Assembly: GCA_963827755.1 (NCBI GenBank)
Contig: CAWHCQ010000012.1
Location: 32,001-96,000, forward strand
Origin: an uncultured Gammaproteobacteria bacterium
GTDB taxonomy: Bacteria > Pseudomonadota > Gammaproteobacteria > UBA9214
Length of the DNA stretch: 64,000 nucleotides
Direction of reading: 5' to 3'
The notes under the pieces were generated by a model. The model saw nothing but the letters and a program-made list of their open reading frames with translations. It was not told the origin of the DNA and searched no databases. The translations under genes were made by a program, and so were the position numbers. This document shows positions 1-9,729 of the stretch, piece after piece. The first letter of the stretch is position 1, and every line of letters begins with the position of its first letter.

Positions 1-361
1 CCCCCGGCTTGCGCTTTGCACGATCATAATTGAGCCTTGCAGCCTTGCAGTCCGACTTCCCGGCCGCATGTTTTCTCACAGAACGACGCCTGGCCTGCAG
101 CTGCTTTTTCTCCCGGCGCCTGGATTGCTGCAGTAACCGGTGCTCTGCATCACGCAGGCCACTTACACGAGTTGCAGGGGCCTTGCCGGAAGCAGGCGTG
201 ACAGTTTTTATTTCCGCTTTGCCGCGCTGCGGAGCACGGTCACTGAAATGGACCTGCCCGTCTTCATCGGTCCACTTATACACGTCCGCTGCAATGGTTT
301 TGTCCGCTACCGCCAGTACAATCAGCGCTGCGACAGGAATCAACACGTGAACTGTCATCAT
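1..361 (-). CDS. DUF4124-type secreted protein, 3' end outside window
   Basis: Not in the ORF track. Manual translation gives MMTVHVLIPVAALIVLAVADKTIAADVYKWTDEDGQVHFSDRAP: a signal peptide plus the VYKWxDxxGxxHFSD motif. Confidence 0.8.
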   Translation of the reverse strand, partial: MMTVHVLIPVAALIVLAVADKTIAADVYKWTDEDGQVHFSDRAPQRGKAEIKTVTPASGKAPATRVSGLRDAEHRLLQQSRRREKKQLQARRRSVRKHAAGKSDCKAARLNYDRAKRKPG

Positions 362-574
362 TCCCTGAATACCCTGAAAGAGATTCATCCTGGAAAATGA
401 ACCTTAACGAATATACGATCAGGGAAAGATCAGGAAAAGGCCTGACTTGTTGTAAGACGCAGGCGCAGCCCGGGTGGTGAGAAACCCCCGCTGACTGCCC
501 TGCAAGTCAGCAGCCCGGGATTGGCTGGCCTTGCATTCATGCGGTGAGCGGACGGCAATTAATTCAGAATTACC

Positions 575-784
575 TCAGCGCTTGCTGAACACCAGCCGGG
601 TAGCAGGGTGAATATTAATATGTTCCAGCGGGATCCATTCCGCTGAAATACTGTTCAGGCGGCGGTCCGGTCGCAGCCGGCGGTTGTGAACGCCTTCATC
701 TGCAGCACCCAGGCCTGCTACTCGCCTGTCGGTTACTTTTCTTCGGTTATCCATTTTTATATGCCTGTTAAGTCGTACTGTCAT
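575..784 (-). CDS. small Arg-rich hypothetical protein
   Basis: 69 aa ORF with two RRxxxDRR motifs, sitting alone in an intergenic slot. Confidence 0.55.
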   Translation of the reverse strand: MTVRLNRHIKMDNRRKVTDRRVAGLGAADEGVHNRRLRPDRRLNSISAEWIPLEHINIHPATRLVFSKR

Positions 785-965
785 TAGTGTAGTAAATAGT
801 TGACGTTTCTGGCAATAATTTCAATTGTACAAAGGTCTTACAGAGCCGTCGAAACAACCGGGCTGCCAGGCGTCTGTCCCGGGAGGAACGAGAGGGGACT
901 GTAAAACAACGCATTTATGGACAATAATGTTAATAACCGGTAATTGAAACGTTCGGGGAGAGGGC

Positions 966-1505
966 ATGAAGAAACACAAGGAGGCGGCAGAAAAACCGGA
1001 TAAGGGCATTGCCACAAACGGCCAGACCGGACGGGAAATACTTCTCCAGTCAAGGGAGGATATTCGCAGGACAGCCGTTGAACTTGCCCGGCAGGCAAAC
1101 CATAACCTGCTGCTCCATACCATGAACCTGGAAGCCGCGATCTTCGATCAGCGTCCCTTCCTGGATGCTGTAAACCGGCTGGTACTGAATCACCATGATG
1201 CCAGGTTCCTGGTCCTGGTCCAGGATGGCCGCAAGGCCATACAGCACTCCAATCGCCTGATCGAGCTTTCACGCCGCTTGAGTACACAGATCCAGTTCCG
1301 ACGACCGGCTGCCCAGCACCGGGACTACCAGAAGACGTTCCTGCTGACCGACCAGGCTGGTTATCTGCTTTGTCCCCTGCCAGGGCGCTACGAGGGTGAG
1401 GCCAGCTTGAATAATCCGGGCATGGTGCGGGATCTGGAGCACTATTTCATGGAAGTCTGGGATCACGCCGAACCAGACACGGAAACGCGGCGCCTGGACC
1501 TGTAA
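966..1505 (+). CDS. conserved hypothetical protein resembling the C-terminal domain of gammaproteobacterial GNAT fusion proteins
   Basis: 179 aa with a GGAGAGGG RBS. Motifs include RLIELSRRLS, FLLTDQAGYL and F.EVW..AEPD.ETRRL.L. Confidence 0.7.
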   Translation: MKKHKEAAEKPDKGIATNGQTGREILLQSREDIRRTAVELARQANHNLLLHTMNLEAAIFDQRPFLDAVNRLVLNHHDARFLVLVQDGRKAIQHSNRLIELSRRLSTQIQFRRPAAQHRDYQKTFLLTDQAGYLLCPLPGRYEGEASLNNPGMVRDLEHYFMEVWDHAEPDTETRRLDL

Positions 1506-1507
1506 GC

Positions 1508-1532
1508 AAAAAAAGCGGCAGTTACCTGCCGC
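1508..1532 (-). terminator. intrinsic terminator
   Basis: GCGGCAG-ttac-CTGCCGC hairpin beside an A7 run (U-tail on the minus strand), between convergent genes. Confidence 0.7.
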
Positions 1533-1559
1533 CCTGTTGATTGCCTGCAGTACCCGAAA

Positions 1560-2075
1560 TTATGGAAATGCGGGGATAACCGGCTCGGTACCCTCGATGT
1601 GCGCTTCCGGATGATGTTTCTTGACCAACTCGGTCATCTCCTCAACCCTTGCCTTGGGTACATCCACCATCATCAGCAGGCTGCCCCCCTCAATCGCTTT
1701 TTCAAAATCCTTCAAACGCGTACTGGGCGCAGAAATACCAATCATGCCGGACATCCAGGCACCAACCCCGGCGCCGGCAAGACCGATACCCAGGATTGCA
1801 CCGCCGCCAAGCGCCAGTCCGACGCCGGGGATGGCAACCGCCGCAATACCCGCCAGAATGCCGGTGGCTCCGCCAATAGCAACACCCCGCTCGACCGCCG
1901 GGACAAAATCACTTTCCTGCAACAGGTTCGCTTCCGGCAGGTTCGCTTCCAGCAGGGCATGATGATCGGCTGCAGCTATGTGAATATGACGCTGCTCGAT
2001 TCTGGCCAGCAGCAACTCGTCGACAATGGTTTTTGCACTATCTACATTGGGTAAAAGAAAATAAAGCCTTCTCAT
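1560..2075 (-). CDS. DUF1269-like membrane protein
   Basis: MRRLYFLLP start, Gly-rich hydrophobic hairpin, and GTEPVIPAFP end. Confidence 0.8.
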   Translation of the reverse strand: MRRLYFLLPNVDSAKTIVDELLLARIEQRHIHIAAADHHALLEANLPEANLLQESDFVPAVERGVAIGGATGILAGIAAVAIPGVGLALGGGAILGIGLAGAGVGAWMSGMIGISAPSTRLKDFEKAIEGGSLLMMVDVPKARVEEMTELVKKHHPEAHIEGTEPVIPAFP

Positions 2076-2208
2076 GATTGACCCCTTGTCCGTAGCGGAC
2101 GCAGTTTACATAATGATTTCGAATGTCATAGAACCATCCATACTTTTGAATATAAGACATATTTCCAGCATGCGCCAGTATTAAAAAAGTACCTGTGCCT
2201 GCAGGGCT

Positions 2209-2850
2209 TTATACCGGCACCCGCTTGCGGACATCGCCGCCGGATTCGAGGTAGGCGCGATAGTCATCAGCCGTATCCAGGTCACGACGCAGCGTCAGGC
2301 ACTGGTATTTAATCCGCCGCTGCCGGAGCCGGGCCCTGGTCAACTCCAGTACTGTTGAGGTACCCCAGGGAATATCGTCAAATATGAACGCACAGGGTTC
2401 GCGCATACCGATCAGGTAGTAGCCGCCATCTTCAGCGGGGCCGAGTACAACCCCGTTGTCCTGTTCCAGCAACGTAAATGCCTCTTCCAGGTCAGCGGCA
2501 GACAATGTCGGACAATCAGCACCAACCAGCACCAGTGATCGACCGGGTCTGCCTGAGGATTGCAGCGCATGCGACATGCGGCGCCCGAGATCACCCTGGA
2601 TTTGTGCATGCAGTTCAACACCGTGTTGCTGTCTGCACTGCTCGAAAAAAGGATGCGACACGCCGGGACTGCACCACAGTTCTACCGGACATAAACCCGA
2701 ACCCGCTGCCGTCTCCAGTGTGGCGCGAACCAGGTCGCGGTAGAGTTCAGCCGCACCGTCCTCGCCGATAGTCGCTATCAGTCTGGTTTTGACCCGTCCA
2801 GGATCAGGCGCCTTGCTGAATACCATTATCCTGGCGTCGGCATATTTCAT
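2209..2850 (-). CDS. TIGR04282/DUF2064 family rSAM-associated transferase
   Basis: KAPDPGRVKTRL, GDLGRRM, VGADCP, LGPAEDGGYYLIG and DLDT motifs. It has its own ATG at 2850 and appears fused to the upstream GT2 in this assembly. Confidence 0.88.
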   Translation of the reverse strand: MKYADARIMVFSKAPDPGRVKTRLIATIGEDGAAELYRDLVRATLETAAGSGLCPVELWCSPGVSHPFFEQCRQQHGVELHAQIQGDLGRRMSHALQSSGRPGRSLVLVGADCPTLSAADLEEAFTLLEQDNGVVLGPAEDGGYYLIGMREPCAFIFDDIPWGTSTVLELTRARLRQRRIKYQCLTLRRDLDTADDYRAYLESGGDVRKRVPV

Positions 2851-3558
2851 CGGTTGTGAGCAAGCGTAGTATTTTGCCAGCAGCACCGGGTCAATGCCGA
2901 CGTAGTATGCAAACCGCAAACCCCACATCTTCAGGATGGTCCTTGCAACACCGTGTTTTTCCCAGCGACGTGGCGACGTGACCAGCTTTTGATCGACAAC
3001 AGCCGGGCGGGAATGTCGTTTCAGTGAACGACTCAGCGCGACGTCTTCCATCAGGGGAATATCCGGGATACCGCCGACCTGCTCGTATAGTTCACGCCTC
3101 AAGAACATTCCCTGGTCACCGGTGGCAATACCGCTAAGCCGGGAGCGGTAATTCATCAGCAAGGCAATCATTCCAAACACCCGGCGTTCGCTGGAAAATT
3201 CGATATTAAAATGCCCCCACTGCACGCCGGGCTTCTCCAGCCTCGCCAGAATATGCATATCCGCATCGTCGACAGGAAGGCTGTCGGCATGCAGAAACCA
3301 GATGATGGCCCCATTCGCCACGGCAGCGCCGGCCCGCATTTGACTCGCCCGACCCTGCGGAGCCCGAATAAGCCGGTCTGCCAGCGCAGTACTGACAGCC
3401 AGCGTTCCATCATTACTGCCCCCATCGACCACGACAAGCTCATGACCACGCTGACGCATGGCCTGCAGTCTTTCAAGCGTCAGGACGATTTGCCCCTCCT
3501 CGTTCAGGGCAGGAATAACAACACTGATCCTTGCAGGATTAACAGCAGCGACCGCCAT
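2847..3558 (-). CDS. TIGR04283 family GT2 glycosyltransferase (arsenosugar-cluster associated)
   Basis: ISVVIPALNEE, VVVDGGSND, FLHAD, GDQGMF, PLMEDV and TSPRRW motifs. The stop is probably lost through a 1-nt insertion near 2862. Confidence 0.88.
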
Positions 3559-3790
3559 CAGACTGCTGCGCTTGTGCGTTTTGCGGCTCGCTTTCACAAC
3601 GGGCAGATGATTTTGCCTCGACAGAAAGGCTTATAAAGCCTCCCTTATAGGCATGCCCGGTGAGCAGATCGTGGGTATGGCCGTTGAGCAGTCCCGCGTC
3701 ATAATCAACCGGGCAACAAAGGGCTTCCTGGCGTTCCCTGGCGCCTTCTGAATATCTTTCACGGACACTGTTTTCAACATTCATGGACAT
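3539..3790 (-). pseudogene. internally deleted ArsM-like SAM-dependent methyltransferase remnant
   Basis: 83 aa. The N-terminus VRERYSEGA..RQEALCCPVDYD joins directly to a C-terminus ending GGRCC, with no SAM-binding LDLGxG core. Confidence 0.65.
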
Positions 3791-3818
3791 ACGAATTCTC
3801 CTGCAGGTATTTGTTCCG

Positions 3819-4784
3819 TCATATCTCAAGCGCACCGCTGCAACCCGAACCCTGCCCGGCTGTACAACCATAACAGTGATCGGCAACCCTGATCGGGTTA
3901 CCCGTCATTTCTGCAGCTTCTACGTCTGAAATATGCAGCCGGGGTTTTTCCCCAAGCCGTGTCGGAAGGTCCAGCATCTGGTTGAAGTCACAATCATATA
4001 CATATCCCTGCCAGTCGACACTGATCAGCGAATGGCACATAACGGCGGAAAGGTTTTCATCCTGGTGGGCCTCACGCAGCAGCGCCATGTATTGCGCGAA
4101 CTTCCCCTGGCTCACCAGCGTGCTGCCAAATCGCTTGATAGGCATATTCGCCAGTGTCAGCAGGCGGTTGAAACAAATACCGTACTCGTCTGCCAGGTGG
4201 GTCTTGTAGTCCTGTTGCAGCGCTTCCTGCGGCGGCGGCAAGACCGCCCCCTGGGGGTTATACACCAGGTCGAGTTCCAGCCCCGAACCTGCCTGACCGT
4301 AGCCGAGTCCATTCAGCAAGTGGAGCGCTTCGAGGCTGGCCTCGAACGTCCCGTCACCCCGCTGCGTATCAACGTTTTCCTTTATATAACAGGGTAATGA
4401 GGCAACAATCTTAACCCTGTTTCTGGCAAGAAAACTCGCCGTATCCTGCTGGCCGGGTTCAAGGAGGATAGTCAGGTTGCAGCGGTCGATGACCGCTATC
4501 CCGCGGCTTGTCGCGGCAATGACAATCTGCCTGAACCACGGGCTGATTTCCGGGGCACCACCGGTCAGATCCAGCGTGGTAACACTTGAGGCATCCATGA
4601 AGCGGATCACTGCAGCGAGCGTGTCCCCGTCCATCATTTCCGTGCGTCCGGGGCCCGCATTGACATGACAATGCAAACACGACTGGTTGCACTTGTAACC
4701 GAGATTCACCTGCAGGGTTTCCAGACAACCGCGCCTGATGGGTGGAAAATCACTCTCGGTCAACAATGGCAGGGTTGCATGCAT
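3819..4784 (-). CDS. arsS: arsenosugar biosynthesis-type radical SAM protein (ArsS family, DUF3641 C-terminal domain)
   Basis: CNQSCLHC cluster motif, LDLTGGAPE, VIDRCNLT, YDCDFNQML and HCYGCTAGQGS. Confidence 0.9.
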   Translation of the reverse strand: MHATLPLLTESDFPPIRRGCLETLQVNLGYKCNQSCLHCHVNAGPGRTEMMDGDTLAAVIRFMDASSVTTLDLTGGAPEISPWFRQIVIAATSRGIAVIDRCNLTILLEPGQQDTASFLARNRVKIVASLPCYIKENVDTQRGDGTFEASLEALHLLNGLGYGQAGSGLELDLVYNPQGAVLPPPQEALQQDYKTHLADEYGICFNRLLTLANMPIKRFGSTLVSQGKFAQYMALLREAHQDENLSAVMCHSLISVDWQGYVYDCDFNQMLDLPTRLGEKPRLHISDVEAAEMTGNPIRVADHCYGCTAGQGSGCSGALEI

Positions 4785-4805
4785 ATTTGTTTTACCTGGA
4801 GCTTC

Positions 4806-6221
4806 TCATGGTAAAATTCTGTTCAGTAAACCAACCAGAAAACGTACTTTCCTCGCCTTTAACAGGTGTGCATAGCTGCTGTTAATTGCGCGCCGGTGAA
4901 CCTGTGCATAGCTTGGGTAAGCATGGACAAGATCGGTAATATTCTTGACCCTGGCATTCACTTTCATGGCCAGTGCAAGCTCGTGAATCAATTCACCGGC
5001 ATGCGGCCCAACCAGGCTGGCCCCCAGAATACGACCCTTGCTGATCAGTATCTTCAAAAATCCGGATTCTTCCCCGTCGGTTATAGCGCGGTCCACATCA
5101 GCCATACTGAAGCGGGCGAGTTGATAGTTGACACCCTGCTCGTCGGCCTCTGCCTCTGTCAGGCCTACTGCTGCGACTTCCGGGTCAGTATAAACAACCC
5201 GCGGAACAACCCGGTAGTCGGTCTTTTTCGGGATGCGAAATACAATATTGGCAAGCGCAATCCCGGCCTGGTATTCAGCCATGTGGGTAAACTGGTAAGG
5301 ACCGGCGACATCACCGACAGCGAAGATATGTTTTTGTGATGTGCGCAACCGTCGGTCAACCGTAATACCTTTGTTGCTGAATACTACACCAGCCTCTTCC
5401 AGCCCCATGTTGCGGATACAGGGACGTCGACCTGCGGCTGCCAGTATCAGGTCTGATTCAACCGTACTGCCATCTTCCAGCTGCAACTGCCGGCTGTTGC
5501 CTTCACGCCGCACGCCTGAAATCCCGGCACCGCAGATGACCCTGATTTTTTCTCTTTCCAGAACGTCCTGCAGCACAGCCGATATTTCTGCATCGCCCTG
5601 GGCAAGCAACCGATCTGCCATCTCGATTATGGTTACCTTGCTGCCGAATCGGGAGAATGCCTGGGCCAGCTCAACGCCAACGGGGCCACCGCCGATGATT
5701 GCCAGCTGCTGCGGCAGCGCCCGCCGTGAAAAAATGGTCTCATTGGTTTCATAACCGGCATCTTCAAGCCCGGGAATCGGTGGAATGGCCGGTACTGTGC
5801 CCGTTGCAATCACAAACCGCTTTGCGGTAATGATTTCTTCGTCAATTGAAAGCTGGTGTGAATTGATAAAAACAGCCTTGCCGAAGCGCACATCACAGCC
5901 ATAGCTGCGAAAGCGCTGTGGATCATCATGCTCCTGTATTCTTGCGATGACCTCGCCGACCCGGTCCACTGCAACGCCAAAATTAATGCCCGGCATCGCA
6001 GACAGCAGTCCTTCATCGGCGCCCCGGCGTACGGTGTGCGCGGTACGTGCCATATGTATGAGGGTTTTGCTGGGTACACAGCCACCATGCAGACAGTCAC
6101 CGCCGAGGCGGCCTGATTGCTCGACCAGCATCACCTTCAGACCCAGCTGCGCAGCGACGCTGGCGACCACCAGCCCACCCGGCCCACCGCCAATGACTAC
6201 CAGATCCTGTTTTCTGCCCAT
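4806..6221 (-). CDS. flavoprotein disulfide reductase (dihydrolipoamide dehydrogenase/mercuric reductase-like)
   Basis: GGGPGG FAD motif, GGDCLHGGCVPSK redox disulfide, second GGGPVG, and HAYPS. It lacks the MerA C-terminal Cys pair. Confidence 0.9.
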   Translation of the reverse strand: MGRKQDLVVIGGGPGGLVVASVAAQLGLKVMLVEQSGRLGGDCLHGGCVPSKTLIHMARTAHTVRRGADEGLLSAMPGINFGVAVDRVGEVIARIQEHDDPQRFRSYGCDVRFGKAVFINSHQLSIDEEIITAKRFVIATGTVPAIPPIPGLEDAGYETNETIFSRRALPQQLAIIGGGPVGVELAQAFSRFGSKVTIIEMADRLLAQGDAEISAVLQDVLEREKIRVICGAGISGVRREGNSRQLQLEDGSTVESDLILAAAGRRPCIRNMGLEEAGVVFSNKGITVDRRLRTSQKHIFAVGDVAGPYQFTHMAEYQAGIALANIVFRIPKKTDYRVVPRVVYTDPEVAAVGLTEAEADEQGVNYQLARFSMADVDRAITDGEESGFLKILISKGRILGASLVGPHAGELIHELALAMKVNARVKNITDLVHAYPSYAQVHRRAINSSYAHLLKARKVRFLVGLLNRILP

Positions 6222-6232
6222 AAGAAGTAGTC

Positions 6233-6901
6233 CTAGCCCGTCCTGTTGCGCCGTAAGCGCATAATTATCCGCGAGCCAAAGGCAACGGTTGCAATGATCG
6301 CAATTGCCAGCAAGGCCTTCCTGATGAAGTCCTCACCCCCGGCGACCACTTCACGTCCGGCATATCCGAGATAGGTATAGGCCGCGCCACCGGGTGCCAT
6401 GAAGACAAACGATGTAATGACATAGGTGAGCAGCCGAATTCTCGTCAGGCCAAGCGCATAGTTGAGCAAATTAAAAGGAAACAGCGGTACCAGGCGGACA
6501 AAGGCGACAAAGCGCCAGCCCTCGCTTTCGACACCTTCGACCAGTTGCCGCAAACGTTTGCCGGCACGCCGTGTTGCCCAGTCACTGGCAATGTAGCGTG
6601 CTGCCAGGAATGCAAGTGTGGCCCCCAGGGTGGCGCCTGTCAGGTTATACAGGGTCCCGAACACCGGCCCGAACAATGCACCACCTGCGAGGGTGAATAA
6701 CAGGCCCGGCATGAAAAAGACCGTGGCTATTGCATAGCCCGCGATAAAAACCAGGGGCGCGGCCCAGCCCAGCTGGCCGAGCCATTGCTCGAGTGCAACA
6801 ACGGAGATGTGCTCGCGGTACACAAGGGCGGTGCCGATGCCGGTGGCAAGGACCAGTAACAGTAAAATACGTCGCACGGTGTCAGGAGGACTTTTCATCA
6901 C
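6233..6901 (-). CDS. TVP38/TMEM64 (DedA/VTT) family membrane protein
   Basis: GGALFGP and RLVPLFPFNLLNYALGLT motifs with several TM segments. Confidence 0.9.
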   Translation of the reverse strand: MMKSPPDTVRRILLLLVLATGIGTALVYREHISVVALEQWLGQLGWAAPLVFIAGYAIATVFFMPGLLFTLAGGALFGPVFGTLYNLTGATLGATLAFLAARYIASDWATRRAGKRLRQLVEGVESEGWRFVAFVRLVPLFPFNLLNYALGLTRIRLLTYVITSFVFMAPGGAAYTYLGYAGREVVAGGEDFIRKALLAIAIIATVAFGSRIIMRLRRNRTG

Positions 6902-7740
6902 TATCCCGGCGGCGGTTGATGGCGTAGTCCGTTACCTTGCCGATAAATGGCATCAGCAACAGACCGGGAAGTTTTATGCACTGCCCGGCATCCCTGAAGG
7001 TATCTATACCGATCGTCATGTTTAAATGCCCGTCCTGTGGCTGGTCCCTGTAGGTACCAAACAGGCGATCCCAGATGGAAAGATTAAATCCGAAATTGCT
7101 GTTGGTTTCATGCTGAAGATGCGAATGATGTACGCGGTGCATGTCCGGGGTGACGATGAACAGCCTCAGGATTCTATCAACCGCCAGTGGCAGGCGAACA
7201 TTGCTGTGATTGAACATTGACGTGGCATTCAGCAATACCTCGAATATCACGACAGCAAGCAGCGGCGGTCCGAGCAGCAGGATGACGGCAAACTTGATCA
7301 GCATGGAAAGCAGTATCTCGAGCGGGTGAAAGCGTGATCCGGTTGTAACATCGAAATCAAGATCGGCATGGTGTACGCGATGCAGGCGCCACAGGGCAGG
7401 CACCGCATGAACCATCACATGCTGCAGATAGATTGCACCGTCAAGAACAATGACCGACACAAGAATAGCCAGTGGAAAAGGTGCATCAAGCTGGTTAAAC
7501 AGGCCCCATTGCTGCTGCAATGGCGCGGTCGGCCATGCCCACGGCTGCAGCGGGAAAAACAAGTCGCAGGATGAGGGTATTCAGAACAACCAGTGAAATG
7601 TTATTCAGCCAGCGTGCCGGTTTTGACTGGCTGAGCGGACGACGTGGCGCCAGTATTTCCCAGGCAGCCATTAGCGCGAATACCCCGAAAAATGCACCGA
7701 GCCTGACAACAGCCTCCCAACTCGTTATTGCTTCATCCAT
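6882..7740 (-). CDS. sterol desaturase/fatty acid hydroxylase family protein (frameshift near 7525)
   Basis: His boxes HRVHH, RFHPLE, FNHSN and HRVHHS, plus NSNFG..WDRLFGT. The N-terminal part MDEAITSWE lies in a different frame. Confidence 0.85.
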
Positions 7741-8777
7741 GGCCTTGAATATCCCCCGATTGTGCTGCAGCAGGAGTGCTGAATTGTAAAACCCTTTCGA
7801 GCGCTTCAAGCACGACTTCAGTGCCCGCTCCGGGCTTGTGAGCGTAATGCCCCAGGTAGCGCCGCCAGTGCCTGGCGCCCGGTTCCCCGGCAAACAGGCC
7901 CAGCATATGCCGGGTAATGTGTTTGAGCGGCACACCTTGCGCAAGTTCCGTTTCTATGTAATCCAGCATTCTGATGAACAATCTCTTCACGCCCGGGAGC
8001 CTTTTGCACAGCAGCGTAGAAACGCGTATCTACTTCGGCCAGCATATACGGTTCATGGTAGGCGACCCTGCCGAGCATTACCCCGTCGACCTGTGCCAAA
8101 TGGATTTCCGCACTGTCCAGGTCACTGATACCGCCGTTTAGTATTATTTCAAGATCCGGAAACTGCTGCTTGATACGGTAGACATAATCATGGTTCAGGG
8201 GCGGAACGGTGCGGTTTTCCTTCGGGCTGAGACCCTGCAGGATTGCCTTTCGCGCATGGATGATGAAAGTTTCGCAGCCGGCACCACTTACCGCGTTGAT
8301 AAATCCGCCAAGCTCTTCGAATGAATCCCGCGCATCTATGCCGGTTCGGCACTTGACGGTCACCGGGATTGCTACGGCAGCTCGCATGGCTGCTACACAT
8401 TCAGCCACCAGCCCGGGCTCGGCCATCAGGCATGCACCAAAGCGGCCTGATTGAACCCGGTTACTGGGACACCCCACATTCAGATTGATCTCATCATAGC
8501 CGTAATCCATCCCGAGACGCGCACAATCAGCCAGTGCATGCGGGTCGCTACCACCGATCTGCAGCGCAACCGGGTGCTCACGATTATTGAACCTGAGGAA
8601 TCGGTCCCGGTCTCCGTGCAGCAGGGCGTGCGTAGTCACCATCTCTGTATAGAGCAGGATATTTGCCGAAATCAGGCGCAACAGATAGCGACAATGACGG
8701 TCTGTCCAGTCCATCATCGGTGCCACGGAAAAACGATGGTTTATGCGCCTTGAAATGGTTACACCCCTGCCGTTCAT
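7733..8777 (-). CDS. dusA: tRNA dihydrouridine(20/20a) synthase (frameshift near 7978)
   Basis: FSVAPMMDWTDRHCR, NLNVGCPS.RVQSGRFGACLM and HARKAILQGLSPKENR. The C-terminus ITRHMLGLF..PGAR.WRR is in the next frame. Confidence 0.92.
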
Positions 8778-8990
8778 AACCGCAGCCGGATTAGCGGCCG
8801 TCTGCCCTGAAAACATCACCTGCTGCTCGTATCGATCGTCGAGCAATAACTCTGGCAATTGTAAATTTAACGCTTTTGTATCAACCGTTTCGGTGATATA
8901 GTCAAAAAAAATAGCAGGGAAATTACTGTTTGATTTTACAATATACCGATTTGCTAAAGATATTCACCAACATACAGGGTTTATTCAGAA

Positions 8991-9578
8991 ATGACTTGTA
9001 AGAAAAACAGCATGATTTTGGTATTCATGGGGGCTACATTACTTGGCCTTGTCGGCTGTGAAAGCCAGCCTTACAAACCCTGGCAGCCCGCCGACTCATC
9101 GTGGGAGAAAGATGATCAGGCTGACAAACAAGCCGCAATGACGAAGGCCGCGGAACAGGCCACCGCGGCAAAACAAGTGCCGGCATCTACACCGGTCAGG
9201 GCAGCGGAGCCAGTCCCAATGCGGGGTTCACCCCCGGTTACGGAGGCAGAACCTGATAGCGAAGACATGCCTGTTGCACAACCGATGCCACGGCAAGCTG
9301 ACATCAAACCTGCTGAACGGGCCTCCGGGGCACGTGCACCGGCAAGGACAACCGGGGATGTACTGCTCATCGACAGCATCCAGTCGGCACCCGATATCAG
9401 GACTCCGCGCAATGGCATGAATATGGACAGTGTACGGCGCCAATTCGGTAATCCGTTATCCGAGGGCAGCAGCATTGGCGACCCGCCCATCACACGCTGG
9501 GAATACAAAGGCTTCTCCGTGTATTTCGAGCATGACCTGGTCTTGCACTCGGTCACCCACCGCCCGAACCGGAACTGA
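8991..9578 (+). CDS. putative lipoprotein with a low-complexity linker and a small C-terminal domain
   Basis: Lipobox LVGC, an Ala/Pro-rich middle, and the conserved-looking tail GMNMDSV..QFG.P...GDPPITRWEY..FSVYFE. Confidence 0.75.
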   Translation: MTCKKNSMILVFMGATLLGLVGCESQPYKPWQPADSSWEKDDQADKQAAMTKAAEQATAAKQVPASTPVRAAEPVPMRGSPPVTEAEPDSEDMPVAQPMPRQADIKPAERASGARAPARTTGDVLLIDSIQSAPDIRTPRNGMNMDSVRRQFGNPLSEGSSIGDPPITRWEYKGFSVYFEHDLVLHSVTHRPNRN

Positions 9579-9729
9579 TTTCCAGTTCCGGTTTCACCCG
9601 CTACCGGCCCTGTCGGCCGCTACGCGGACACCTGCCACACGAAGACAACTCGCGCCCGGGTAAAACTGTGGTCAGGGGTTTGATTTTGACGGATAATATT
9701 TTGCCCGGACCACTCCAAGGATAAACAGC

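Noticed and set aside
918-930. 13-bp exact match TGGACAATAATGT also found at 50940-50952
   Set aside because: It is a single short match in AT-rich intergenic DNA with no symmetry, so chance cannot be excluded.
3819-3860. Possible selenocysteine at the ArsS C-terminus
   Set aside because: The relevant codon is TGC (GSGCSGAL), and the TGA follows LEI as a normal stop.
4806-6221. Mercuric reductase MerA
   Set aside because: There is no C-terminal Cys-Cys pair, no NmerA domain and no mer genes nearby.
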